Assembly: GCA_964399335.1 (NCBI GenBank)
Contig: CAYNQI010000011.1
Coordinates: 1 to 28,713, forward strand
Direction: 5' to 3'
Length of the DNA: 28,713 nucleotides
From: an uncultured Thermoplasmata archaeon
GTDB lineage: Archaea; Thermoplasmatota; Thermoplasmata; Halarchaeoplasmatales; Halarchaeoplasmataceae
In this document: in pieces, positions 8,407-17,463 of the stretch
Layout: every line of letters begins with the position of its first letter
How positions within the stretch are numbered: the first letter of the stretch is position 1
The notes under the pieces: model-generated
Seen by the model: the letters and a program-made list of their open reading frames with translations, nothing else
Databases searched by the model: none
Told to the model about the DNA's origin: nothing
Position numbers and translations under genes: made by a program

Positions 8407-8847
8407 ATGTACGAGAGAGTTGTTATTCCCACAGATGGGTCGGAAATCGCTAAAAAAGGTGTGATGGAGGGACTCCAGATGGCTAAATGTTTAGGGGTAA
8501 AAGCGGTAGCAGTTTATGTGCTTGATACCACTGAATATCAAGGTTTACATCATTCGAGCATAAAGAGTTCAGCAAAACGTGGTTTAAAGGAAACAGGTGA
8601 AAACGCACTCCAAGATGTTAAAGATTTAGCGAGAAATATTGGAGTTGAACTTGAAACAAGGATAGAGGAAGGAAAGCCTTACAAAGAGATCAATAAGATC
8701 GCTTCCGAAAGAGATATAGTCTTTATCAGTAGTCACGGCCTTTCTGGTTTTACTAAATTCTTTTTAGGCAGTACAACTGAACGGGTTCTCAAAAATTCAA
8801 ATGCAACCGTTGCTGTAGTAATGGGTGGGTATGTAGAAACAGAGTAA
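8407..8847 (+). CDS. Universal stress protein (USP)
   Basis: 'YERVVIPTDGS' and 'ISSHGLSGFTKFFLGSTTERVL'. Confidence 0.93.
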   Translation: MYERVVIPTDGSEIAKKGVMEGLQMAKCLGVKAVAVYVLDTTEYQGLHHSSIKSSAKRGLKETGENALQDVKDLARNIGVELETRIEEGKPYKEINKIASERDIVFISSHGLSGFTKFFLGSTTERVLKNSNATVAVVMGGYVETE

Positions 8848-8858
8848 AAAATTATTTT

Positions 8859-9362
8859 TTAAGCTTGTTTTACATCACGTCTACAAGGTGATGGTAGCTT
8901 CATCGATGCCTTTCTTAGTGCTTCTTTAGCAGATACTTCATCGTCTTCATCTACCCAAACTTTGATTACAGGTTGCCCAGATTTTACTCTCGCTGCATTA
9001 CCTACTGTTTTACCGAATGATCTTCTCATACCTTCTGACAATCTATCTGCTCCGGCCCCAGTTGCCTGTTTGTTTTCCCTTAATACATGATGAGGATAAA
9101 TCAATATCTTGGCTCTGAAATTTCCCTCACCTACGTTTTTTGTTAAGTAACGGGTCAACACAACACGTGCGGCTTCGAGAGCATCATCTTTGATCTGGCA
9201 TTTTTCCTCTACTCTCATAGTAACCTCTAGATCAAAATCATCCTTTCTGTTGCCCATGGTAAATTGACCTACACGGACATGTGGAGTTCCACCTATGTAC
9301 TCCTTTCTCGTATAACTTTGACCTTTTATTTCTCTATACATACTTCCTGGTTTGCGGGGCAT
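8859..9362 (-). CDS. rpl10e: 50S ribosomal protein uL16 (archaeal L10e)
   Basis: 'MPRKPGSMYR', 'ALEAARV', 'YPHHVLRENKQATGAGADRLSEGMRRSFGK', 'KASMKLP'. Confidence 0.97.
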   Translation of the reverse strand: MPRKPGSMYREIKGQSYTRKEYIGGTPHVRVGQFTMGNRKDDFDLEVTMRVEEKCQIKDDALEAARVVLTRYLTKNVGEGNFRAKILIYPHHVLRENKQATGAGADRLSEGMRRSFGKTVGNAARVKSGQPVIKVWVDEDDEVSAKEALRKASMKLPSPCRRDVKQA

Positions 9363-9401
9363 AATACATCGCCTTCATAACATGATGGTATATATAAGTC
9401 T

Positions 9402-9890
9402 TTACCTGTAGAGAGAAGGACCTGTTTTCGTACTGGACATTTCATCTTCTTTAGGAACTGCGCCTCCCAGGGATTGGAAGTGTATCGTTGTTCTCATACC
9501 CATGTTGATGACGTTTTGAATGGTATCAAACAACTTAGTCTTGTTCAGGTCTTCCATATAAATGTGCTTTTTTATAACAACAGAATCTGGTAGTTTATTT
9601 TCGTCACGATGTATGTTGTAAATTACAGCATCTACCGACAAGAGCATTACAAGAGATTTTTCAAAGCTATTTCTTTGCTTATTATCAAGTTGTTTTATGA
9701 TTTTTTTATGTTCATTACTAACATTCAATTTATAAACTATTTCTAATCTGTTAATATACCTCAAAGGTTTTCCAATTAATACTGTTCTGTTTCCATGCTT
9801 TACTTGAATTATCCAATCTAACTTAGGATGGTCGTTCACCTTATATTCTCTGTCATCCTCGTCTAACCATTCTAATATCTGTTCTTTCAT
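9402..9890 (-). CDS. DUF2299/YbjN-like archaeal protein
   Basis: N-terminal 'ILEWLDED' and C-terminal 'IYMEDLNKTKLFDTIQNV' resemble DUF2299 as I recall it; not confirmed by search. Confidence 0.55.
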   Translation of the reverse strand: MKEQILEWLDEDDREYKVNDHPKLDWIIQVKHGNRTVLIGKPLRYINRLEIVYKLNVSNEHKKIIKQLDNKQRNSFEKSLVMLLSVDAVIYNIHRDENKLPDSVVIKKHIYMEDLNKTKLFDTIQNVINMGMRTTIHFQSLGGAVPKEDEMSSTKTGPSLYR

Positions 9891-9920
9891 GGTATCTTAA
9901 AATGACTTAAAGTCTTCACC

Positions 9921-9936
9921 TATAATAACCCTTTCG
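9921..9936 (-). promoter_or_regulatory. BRE-TATA promoter (CGAAAGGGTTATTATA) for the DUF2299-like gene
   Basis: Archaeal BRE+TATA pattern about 30-45 nt upstream of ATG 9890. Confidence 0.55.
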
Positions 9937-9950
9937 AAAATATAAGTTAT

Positions 9951-10511
9951 TCAAACTATTACAATTTCTAAGAAATACAGTACAATCAGAGGTATCATAA
10001 CCATTAGAAAATCATCATCGATTATTATCGACGGATATTCTGCAGATATTGCTGTTAATGATCCGGTTATTGAGAGTAACAGGATCAAAGCGAATGTGTA
10101 GGGTGTGAAAATATATAAAATTACAGTTGCTATAACCCCCCAGGCGATCAGAGGGACGTAAGGATAAAACTGTGGAGCATGATACTTCAGTTCACCGATA
10201 AGAGGATCAACAACCCCCATCCCTATAAAACAAACAACGTTAAGATGCATGGGGAACAATACTAGAGCGATACCCGCGGCCATGGCAGCCCATGCGTAGG
10301 CGGCTATCTGCTTTTTTTCGTAATCTCTCATACCGAATATATGCCATTCATTATACAACCGTAAACCTTCAAATGCTAAAATAGAAACAACCAATATTAT
10401 CAGAAGTGATCTTTTATAGTATCCAAATATCTGTTCTGGTAATAAGTAATAAACTAAAACGATCCATGTCAGAGAGTGTATAATCCTTCTTAGCAGATGA
10501 CCCTCATTCAT
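9951..10511 (-). CDS. Dolichol/phytol kinase-like membrane protein (SEC59/DGK1/VTE5 superfamily)
   Basis: 'LRRIIH', 'RDYEK', 'GMGVVDPLIGELK', 'AEYP..IIDDDFLM'; polytopic; AGGAG SD. Confidence 0.7.
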   Translation of the reverse strand: MNEGHLLRRIIHSLTWIVLVYYLLPEQIFGYYKRSLLIILVVSILAFEGLRLYNEWHIFGMRDYEKKQIAAYAWAAMAAGIALVLFPMHLNVVCFIGMGVVDPLIGELKYHAPQFYPYVPLIAWGVIATVILYIFTPYTFALILLLSITGSLTAISAEYPSIIIDDDFLMVMIPLIVLYFLEIVIV

Positions 10512-10607
10512 TATTTTCTCCTTGTTAGATTTAGTTTTTAATATGCGATGGATTATGTAATATCTAAAGTTGTTTGTAAAAATATAAAAATAAAGGGGTT
10601 TTAGAGA

Positions 10608-11924
10608 TTATAGCTCTTCTATACTGCCTTCCTCTTCTCTAAGGTCTAGGACTCTTTTTGCCTTACCTACTGTTCTTGGTAGTGTTCCTGGTGGTAAGAG
10701 TTTCACCCTAGCCTTTATGTTCAGTATAGCCGTGATGTTTTCTGAAGTCCTCTCCAATAATTCTTCTTCGTCATACTTGTCCGAGTTATAGTATTCTCTG
10801 TCAACTTCCACTCTAACGAAAAGTTTGTCTAAAACATCTCTATCAACGATTATCTGGTAATGTTCACCGATGCCTTCAGTTTCTAAAAGAGCTTCTTCGA
10901 TCTGGCTTGGGAATACGTTCACACCACCAACGATCAGCATATCGTCGCTCCTACCTTCTATGCGCTTTATCTTAGGATGATACCTGCCACATTCACACTC
11001 TTCGTATTCAATAGTCGCGATATCCTTTGTTCTGTACCTCAATAACGGCATTGCCTCTCTGGAAAGCATGGTGAAAACCATCTCTCCTTTTTCTCCTTCT
11101 GGTAGTACTTCTCCCGTATTTGGGTCGATAGTTTCTACATAGAATTCGTCTCCCCATATATGAAGTCCATCTTGTTCAGGACATTCAACAGCTACTCCAG
11201 GACCATAAAGTTCGGACATGCCATAGACATCCTGGGCATTCAAACCGAATGAATTTTCGATACTTGTTCTAGCCTCTTCACTCCATGGTTCCGCACCGAA
11301 CATTCCGACTCTAAGATTGAAGTCCTGGCGGGGGTCAAATCCATGCTTTTGGGCAGCCTCTGCCAGATAGATTGCATACGATGGCGTACAAGCAAGAACT
11401 GTGGTCTGGAAGTCATTCATCATCTGGATCTGCTTTTTTGTGTTACCTGTTGATGTTGGTAGCACTGAGCATCCTAGTTCTTCAGCACCTTGATGGAAAC
11501 CTAAACCACCGGTGAACAATCCATATCCATATGCGTTCTGAACTATATCTGAGGATACAACTCCTGCTGTTGAATAACATCTAGCCATCAGATCGTTCCA
11601 AGTGTCCATGTCGTTACGAGTGTATGAAACAACCGTTGGTTTACCCGTAGTTCCACTGGAAGCATGGAATCGAACTACATCATCTTTATTCACTGCCAAG
11701 ATCCCATAGGGATAGTGGTCTCTTAGATCATCTTTTACAGTGAAAGGGACTTTATGTACATCCTCTAGACTGTTGATATCCTTTGGCGTTATGCCTTCGT
11801 TTTTGAATCTCCTCTTATACATGGGAACATTATCATAGGCATACTTCACCATCTTCAGCATCTTCTCTTCCTGTACCTTTCTGATCTCGTCCCTCTTCAT
11901 CAATTGAGCTTTTTTATTGAACAT
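10608..11924 (-). CDS. paaK: Phenylacetate--CoA ligase family protein
   Basis: 'VPFTVKDDLRDHYPYG', 'FHASSGTTGKPT', 'AYGYGLFTGGLG', 'YGMSELYGPG', 'LLRYRTKD', 'GRSDDMLIVGGVNVFPSQIE', 'LPRTVGKAKRV'. The true substrate cannot be determined from sequence. Confidence 0.92.
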   Translation of the reverse strand: MFNKKAQLMKRDEIRKVQEEKMLKMVKYAYDNVPMYKRRFKNEGITPKDINSLEDVHKVPFTVKDDLRDHYPYGILAVNKDDVVRFHASSGTTGKPTVVSYTRNDMDTWNDLMARCYSTAGVVSSDIVQNAYGYGLFTGGLGFHQGAEELGCSVLPTSTGNTKKQIQMMNDFQTTVLACTPSYAIYLAEAAQKHGFDPRQDFNLRVGMFGAEPWSEEARTSIENSFGLNAQDVYGMSELYGPGVAVECPEQDGLHIWGDEFYVETIDPNTGEVLPEGEKGEMVFTMLSREAMPLLRYRTKDIATIEYEECECGRYHPKIKRIEGRSDDMLIVGGVNVFPSQIEEALLETEGIGEHYQIIVDRDVLDKLFVRVEVDREYYNSDKYDEEELLERTSENITAILNIKARVKLLPPGTLPRTVGKAKRVLDLREEEGSIEEL

Positions 11925-11972
11925 ATATTTCCACCTTGAATTTTATCTTAGACCACTGAGTATAGAGAATGA

Positions 11973-11986
11973 TTATAAGTTTTTCG
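11973..11986 (-). promoter_or_regulatory. BRE-TATA promoter (CGAAAAACTTATAA) upstream of paaK
   Basis: BRE+TATA pattern about 50 nt upstream of ATG 11924, with an AGGTGG SD between them. Confidence 0.55.
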
Positions 11987-11996
11987 AAAAACTATA

Positions 11997-12476
11997 TCAC
12001 AATATACTTTCTATAAAATCAGTGATTTCGTCTAGGTGTTCTCTATCTTCGACCATTTTATCTTTTAAACTCAAAACTTCCTTAGGAACTCCAATTATTT
12101 CCTTCATATCGGTGAACGTTTTAGATTCTCCTCCTCCACCGTGTGTACAAAAAAATGCTATCTGATCAATTTTGTCTTTGTACTTTTCTAAGTATGTACG
12201 GATCGCTGGTGTCACTTTCCCTGCCCACACGGGTGTGCCAACAATTAACATATCAAAATTTTTAGGATCGTAAGAAATATCCCCTATCTCCGTTTTCTTT
12301 CTCATCATAGCATCTTTACCAGCTACGATGTATCCAGTCTTCCCATCTCGATCTTTTTTATCTATTACTTCCTCCGTTTTGACTTCTATGCCTCTTTCAG
12401 CCAATGAATCTTCGATATGTTCTGCTGCTTTTTTAGTCGTTCCTGTCCGTGAATAGTACGAGATGAGTATCTTCAT
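11997..12476 (-). CDS. Flavodoxin family protein
   Basis: FMN loop 'YYSRTGTTKKAA', 'IVGTPVWAG', 'AFFCTHGGGG'. ATG 12476 or 12482. Confidence 0.9.
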   Translation of the reverse strand: MKILISYYSRTGTTKKAAEHIEDSLAERGIEVKTEEVIDKKDRDGKTGYIVAGKDAMMRKKTEIGDISYDPKNFDMLIVGTPVWAGKVTPAIRTYLEKYKDKIDQIAFFCTHGGGGESKTFTDMKEIIGVPKEVLSLKDKMVEDREHLDEITDFIESIL

Positions 12477-12539
12477 GATCACTCTGATTTTACAACTATA
12501 ACAGGATATATCAATCTTATTATTTTATGAGAATCCATG

Positions 12540-14129
12540 TTAGAACCCCATGCTGACGAACAGAGCGGTCATCATACTAAGTATCAAAGTTAGTATGAAA
12601 ACTATCAACAGGTGCTTACGCAGGATTTCACTCTCCAATTTACCTCCTTTTCCTATGGTAGCCACTGCATTTGTGATCTTGGAAGGAGTTATCGCAGATG
12701 CTACACCTCCTGCAACACCGTGACTTGCGTAAACTGTCATGAATTGTTTATCGGTTAGTCCGATCTGTTCTGTCACCTGTCTTTGTATACCGAAGAATAA
12801 TACGTTACTGGCAGTTTCACTACCTCCCACGATGGCACCGAATATACCTAAACTTGCCGCCACAAAAATGTATCCGGGTCCAAATATATCACCTAGTACG
12901 ATCCCAACGATGTAGTTCATATTGTATTGTTGAGCTATTAACTGTAAAGACTCGCCTCCCAGTTCGTGACCGCTAAAAGCCATAATGTATGCGATTGAAA
13001 AGAACAAACTGTAAGCTATGAACGGACCCCATATCCTTTGAGACCAGGTTTTTAAAACAGTTCTTGTTTGTTCCTTAGTGGGTTTAAGAAGATAAAATGA
13101 GGCAAAGGCAGCCACAGCGATCCAAAAATAGACCTGAGCAAATACGTTGAATTGGACTGTTTCGTATGCGATTATCCAGCTAGTGAAACCAGGATCAATA
13201 GATCTCAAAAATATGTTTATCGAGGGCACACTAGCAATAGATGCAAGTATGATCAGAAGAAGCCATGGAGATAGTGCCCTGAGTAGCTTTTTCTTATCCA
13301 TTGGTTCATGTTCTAATTTTATACCATTTCTCTTCCTTTCCCAAACGAAATAAGCATAGAGTACTATCATTGAAAGTATACCTGCAATAACACCTAGGAT
13401 CATGATAGGTGCTCTTATGACGACAAGTATTATTGATGAAACACCTATGACTAGACCTGAAAGTACTGCAGGTACTATTCCCTTTTTCAAAGATTTTAAA
13501 CCACCGATTATCCAAAGCATAGCACATGAGATAACAGTAGCTATCACCGGTAAAAATAGGGCAATCCTATATGCAAAGTCGTAGCCGAATTCCAAAGCTG
13601 TCATCCCAAGTTGGTCTGCGAATAGATCCGCAGGAAGAGTTATCGGTATTGAAAGTAGTGCGAAACTCGTACTAGCATTGTACCCTAATACCGATATCGC
13701 AACTGCTGAAGAGGGACCGAAACCCATGGCTATCAACAATGGCGGAAATAAAGCAGGTGTGACAACTCCTAAAGATGTCACAAAGGTTCCGAAACCTATC
13801 CCGATGAATAGTGCCTGTTCTTCACGTGTATGGGCTACCCTCTTGATAGCTAATGAAATTGTTTCTAATGCCCCTACTTCTTTCATTAAAAATATTAGAA
13901 GCATTGTAAATACAATCGCAATGCTGATACCGAATGATTGAAAGAAACCGTAGATGGTAGCAGCTGTAGCTATATATATACTGGTTTCGAAAAACAAAAC
14001 TGCTATGATAAAACAGATGATCAATCCAAATATCGCCATCTCATGTGTCCTTCTTTTAAATCCGATTATACCTATGAATACGATCAACAAGGGAAGCAGC
14101 ACCAATAAAAATTTTACTCCTAGGGGCAT
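12540..14129 (-). CDS. L-lactate permease (LctP) family carboxylate transporter
   Basis: Polytopic; 'GIGFGTFVTSLG', 'LGAIVGGSETASNVLF'-like C-terminal motif ('FGAIVGGSETASNVLFFGIQ'), 'AITPSKI'. The start is placed at ATG 14129 because TTTATAAA (14159-14166) abuts ATG 14159. Confidence 0.88.
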   Translation of the reverse strand: MPLGVKFLLVLLPLLIVFIGIIGFKRRTHEMAIFGLIICFIIAVLFFETSIYIATAATIYGFFQSFGISIAIVFTMLLIFLMKEVGALETISLAIKRVAHTREEQALFIGIGFGTFVTSLGVVTPALFPPLLIAMGFGPSSAVAISVLGYNASTSFALLSIPITLPADLFADQLGMTALEFGYDFAYRIALFLPVIATVISCAMLWIIGGLKSLKKGIVPAVLSGLVIGVSSIILVVIRAPIMILGVIAGILSMIVLYAYFVWERKRNGIKLEHEPMDKKKLLRALSPWLLLIILASIASVPSINIFLRSIDPGFTSWIIAYETVQFNVFAQVYFWIAVAAFASFYLLKPTKEQTRTVLKTWSQRIWGPFIAYSLFFSIAYIMAFSGHELGGESLQLIAQQYNMNYIVGIVLGDIFGPGYIFVAASLGIFGAIVGGSETASNVLFFGIQRQVTEQIGLTDKQFMTVYASHGVAGGVASAITPSKITNAVATIGKGGKLESEILRKHLLIVFILTLILSMMTALFVSMGF

Positions 14130-14213
14130 ATCTATCGCCGTTGGGATAAGTAGTGTCATTTATAAATATTATCGAGTGTTTTTGTTCCTTTTTTACAATT
14201 GATAACAAAATTC

Positions 14214-14228
14214 CGAAAGTCATATTAA
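14214..14228 (+). promoter_or_regulatory. BRE-TATA promoter (CGAAAGTCATATTAA) of the acd operon, probably leaderless
   Basis: The TATA-like element ends about 24 nt before ATG 14252, and there is no SD before that ATG. Confidence 0.45.
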
Positions 14229-14251
14229 GGTCCTGTTTTACTCCGCTATCG

Positions 14252-16387
14252 ATGGCTGAAAAAGAAAAAGATCTCATCCCTCTCTTCGAGCCTGATTCGA
14301 TAGCTATAGTTGGTGCATCCAGTAAAAAAGGGAAGGTCGGGAATATTTTACTTTCGAACATCGTTAACTCGGGATATCAGGGCAATGTTTATCCTGTAAA
14401 TCCTAAGGGTGGAGAGATATACGGAAAAGAAGTTTACGGATCCATAGAAGAGCTACCTGAGGGTATAGATCTTGGAATAATTGTGATACCTGCTAAATAC
14501 GTGAGAGAGGCTATCCAAAAATTAGGTGAAAAAGGCATACAACATACGATAGTCATCACATCAGGATTTTCAGAGATCGGTAATACCGAGGAAGAAAACC
14601 TCATAGTTGAAGAGGCGGGCAAACACGGTATGAGGATACTTGGTCCAAATGTGTTCGGTATTTATTCTTCAAAAGTTGATCTAAACGCAACTTTTGGTCC
14701 ATCAAAGGTCGCAGGTGGAGAGATCGCGTTGATTTCCCAGAGTGGTGCACTAGGTATTGCCATGATAGGTAAAACAGCCATGCAGTACTTGGGTCTTTCA
14801 GCTATCGTGAGTGTCGGTAATAAATCAGATATCGATGATATGGACCTTATCGATTATTTTTCAGATGATGATGAAAGCAAAGTTATCATGATATACATGG
14901 AGGGATTACAAAACGGCCGCGAATTTATCGAAAAGGTAGAAGATGATATCCCTCCGGAAAAAACTGTTATCGTTATAAAAGCGGGTCGTTCTGAAAAAGG
15001 AGCTACTGCAGTCGCTTCACATACAGGTTCCTTAGCTGGTTCAGACAGAGTTTTCAGTTCAGCTTTCAGGCAAGCAGGTATCTTAAGAGCAGATACCATA
15101 AACGAGGCTTTCAACTGGTCAAGGGCCTTCTCTAACACACCTTTACCAAAAAATGATAAAGTGGTAGTCGTGACTAATGGAGGAGGCATAGGTGTTCTCA
15201 GTGCAGACGCAGGTGAGAAGTATGGTGTGGAGTTATTAGACGACCAGACTTTCCTCAAGGAAACTTTCCAAGATACCATACCTCCCTTTGGATCAACTAA
15301 GAACCCCATCGATATAACCGGCCAAGCCGGGAAGGAAGAATATGAAAAAGCCTTGAGAAAGGCCTTTGAAAGTGACGAGATCGGAGCGGTGGTCGGGTTG
15401 TACTGTGAAACAGGTACCACCGATGACGACGAAGTCGCAAAAGCTATAAAAGAAATCCATGACGAATATGGTGACGAAAAAACAGCGGTTTATACCTTCA
15501 CTGGAGGGGAAGAAGCCTATGATTGTGTACAATGGCTTAGAAAGAATAAGATATCTGCTTATACAGAAACCGATGAAGCCATGTCGTCTTTAGGTGCATT
15601 ATACAAACGCAAAAGATACCTTGAGAGGATGGAAGAGATGGAAGAAATAGAAGAACCGAATATAGATGTTAAGGGGATAAAGAAAGTTATCGATGAAGTA
15701 GCTAAAGAAGGTCGGATCAATCTTCTTGAGGATGAAGCTAGGACGGTATTAGATCTAGCAGGTATACCCATGGCTAAAGGTAAAGTTGTTAATACACTTG
15801 AAGGTGCAGTTGAAGTTGCTGAAGAGATCGGTTATCCTGTTGTGCTTAAAGTTGTTTCTGAAGATATCATCCATAAATCAGATGCCGGTGGATTGGCATT
15901 GAATTTAGAAAATGAAAAAGAGGTTGTGGATGCTTACCAGGCTATATACTCTAACTGTAAAAACAAATATCCTGACGCCCATATACGTGGTATCTCGGTT
16001 GCAGAGATGCTGAAAGGTGGAGAAGAAACGATAGTAGGGGGAACTCGAGACAACTCATTCGGACCTATGGTCATGTTTGGGTTAGGAGGCGTTTATGTAG
16101 AGATCTTAGAAGACGTCGTCTTCCGAGTAGCTCCCGTATCTAAAAGGGAAGCAAGGAGGATGATAGGAGAGATCAACGCATTCCCTGTTTTGGTGGGGGC
16201 GAGAGGTCAAACACGAAAAGATCTAGATGCTTTGGCAGATATTATATATCGGATGTCCTTTTTGATGAATGAAGTGGACGAGATATCAGAAATAGACTTA
16301 AATCCGATCAAGGCTTTCGATCAAGGTAAAGGTGCAAAGTCTGTAGATGTTGCTGTATCAATTAAAAGAAAGGTGATAGAAAAATGA
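14252..16387 (+). CDS. acd: ADP-forming acyl-CoA synthetase, fused alpha-beta (acetate--CoA ligase, ACD)
   Basis: 'LFEPDSIAIVGAS', 'RILGPNVFG', 'ISQSGALG', 'VSVGNKSD', phospho-His motif 'ASHTGSLAG' (His codon 15020-15022), ATP-grasp 'GYPVVLKVVSEDIIHKSDAGG', 'FGPMVMFGLGG', 'EIDLNP'. The 33 codons before ATG 14252 overlap the divergent promoter and are unlikely to be coding. Confidence 0.95.
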   Translation: MAEKEKDLIPLFEPDSIAIVGASSKKGKVGNILLSNIVNSGYQGNVYPVNPKGGEIYGKEVYGSIEELPEGIDLGIIVIPAKYVREAIQKLGEKGIQHTIVITSGFSEIGNTEEENLIVEEAGKHGMRILGPNVFGIYSSKVDLNATFGPSKVAGGEIALISQSGALGIAMIGKTAMQYLGLSAIVSVGNKSDIDDMDLIDYFSDDDESKVIMIYMEGLQNGREFIEKVEDDIPPEKTVIVIKAGRSEKGATAVASHTGSLAGSDRVFSSAFRQAGILRADTINEAFNWSRAFSNTPLPKNDKVVVVTNGGGIGVLSADAGEKYGVELLDDQTFLKETFQDTIPPFGSTKNPIDITGQAGKEEYEKALRKAFESDEIGAVVGLYCETGTTDDDEVAKAIKEIHDEYGDEKTAVYTFTGGEEAYDCVQWLRKNKISAYTETDEAMSSLGALYKRKRYLERMEEMEEIEEPNIDVKGIKKVIDEVAKEGRINLLEDEARTVLDLAGIPMAKGKVVNTLEGAVEVAEEIGYPVVLKVVSEDIIHKSDAGGLALNLENEKEVVDAYQAIYSNCKNKYPDAHIRGISVAEMLKGGEETIVGGTRDNSFGPMVMFGLGGVYVEILEDVVFRVAPVSKREARRMIGEINAFPVLVGARGQTRKDLDALADIIYRMSFLMNEVDEISEIDLNPIKAFDQGKGAKSVDVAVSIKRKVIEK

Positions 16388-17415
16388 AAAATCTCATAAT
16401 AGCTTCTACTAGACCCGATGCGGGTAAAACAACTGTAGGTTTGGCTATAGCGCTTTTAAATGAAGGTACTTTCAATTATTTGAAACCCTTTGGAGATAGA
16501 CCGATTTATAAGAAAAAAAGACTCATCGATTATGACGCAAAACTTTTCAAAAATATATTGAACTTAGAAGAGGATTATGAGAAGTTTTGTGTGGGTTTTG
16601 ATCACTCAAAAATCAAATATGCCTATGACAAAAAGACTATCGAAAATAAGATCAAAGATAGGATAGAAGAGATGAGGGAAAGCAAGGAAAGTGTTATCAT
16701 CGAAACTGGTGACGAATGGAGTGTTGGCTCATCTATAAATCTAGATCCTGTCTCTTTATACGAGTACACAGATTCAGAGATAATCATCGTTGCAACGGGA
16801 AACCGAACTAGTATGATAGATGATCTTCACACAGTGTCTAAATATTTCCAGGCTCAAGACATACCTGTTAAAGGTGTGGTTTTGAACAAGGTGGAATCGG
16901 TTGAAGATATACAGAATTTTGCAGTAGATGAAATAGAATCACTTGGCATGGATGTTATAGGCATCATACCCGAGATAAAGGACCTCTCTTTAACCAGAGT
17001 GAGTTTCATCAACGATATGCTGTTCGGTAAAGTTGTTGCCGGTGAAAATGGTTTGAACAACCTCGTTGAAAACGTTTTCGTAGGTGCCATGAGCGCCGAA
17101 GAGATAGTTAGAAACCCACATTACCAAAAAAGAAGGAAGCTGGTCATTACAGGTGGAGACAGGTCAGATGTTGTTTTAGCTTCTTTAGATGAAGAAACAT
17201 CCGGGGTGGTTTTGACCAATGATATAATACCGCCGAGCAATATCATATCTAGAGCAGATAGAGCAGGAATTCCTTTAATATCAGTTCCATTAGATACCTA
17301 TGAAGCTGCTAGAAGGATCGAACGAATGGACAGGATCACTACCATCGAAGATGATTTTAAGATAAAAAGGATCAAAGAAGACATCACCCCTAGGATAGAA
17401 ATTGATTTAGAGTGA
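16384..17415 (+). CDS. BioD-like P-loop + DRTGG domain protein (N-terminal half of long phosphotransacetylases; no Pta catalytic domain)
   Basis: 'IASTRPDAGKTTVGLAI', 'YLKPFG', 'VIIET', 'GVVLNKV', 'VGAMSAE', 'LVITGGDRSDV', 'IPLISVPLDTYEAA'. ATGA overlap with the acd stop; AGGTGAT SD at 16371-16377. Confidence 0.88.
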   Translation: MKNLIIASTRPDAGKTTVGLAIALLNEGTFNYLKPFGDRPIYKKKRLIDYDAKLFKNILNLEEDYEKFCVGFDHSKIKYAYDKKTIENKIKDRIEEMRESKESVIIETGDEWSVGSSINLDPVSLYEYTDSEIIIVATGNRTSMIDDLHTVSKYFQAQDIPVKGVVLNKVESVEDIQNFAVDEIESLGMDVIGIIPEIKDLSLTRVSFINDMLFGKVVAGENGLNNLVENVFVGAMSAEEIVRNPHYQKRRKLVITGGDRSDVVLASLDEETSGVVLTNDIIPPSNIISRADRAGIPLISVPLDTYEAARRIERMDRITTIEDDFKIKRIKEDITPRIEIDLE

Positions 17416-17463
17416 CATAGAAAGAGTTAAGTAAACTTTCAGAAGTCTTTTTGATGATAGAGT

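Noticed and set aside
14153-14251. 33-aa N-terminal extension of ACD and overlap with the permease gene
   Set aside because: The extension is not ACD-like and spans promoter elements; family similarity starts just after ATG 14252.
14854-15420. 188-aa antisense ORF inside acd, and similar antisense ORFs at 142-339, 5698-5967, 13147-14202, 16854-17090, 19788-20051 and 21344-22100
   Set aside because: They lie wholly opposite well-supported genes, are Ser/Thr/Pro/Ile-rich as expected from reverse-complement codons, and carry no recognisable motifs.
17416-17463. C/D-box sRNA (TGATGA at about 17452) in the operon gap
   Set aside because: There is no matching D box (CTGA) at a suitable distance, and the gap is too short.
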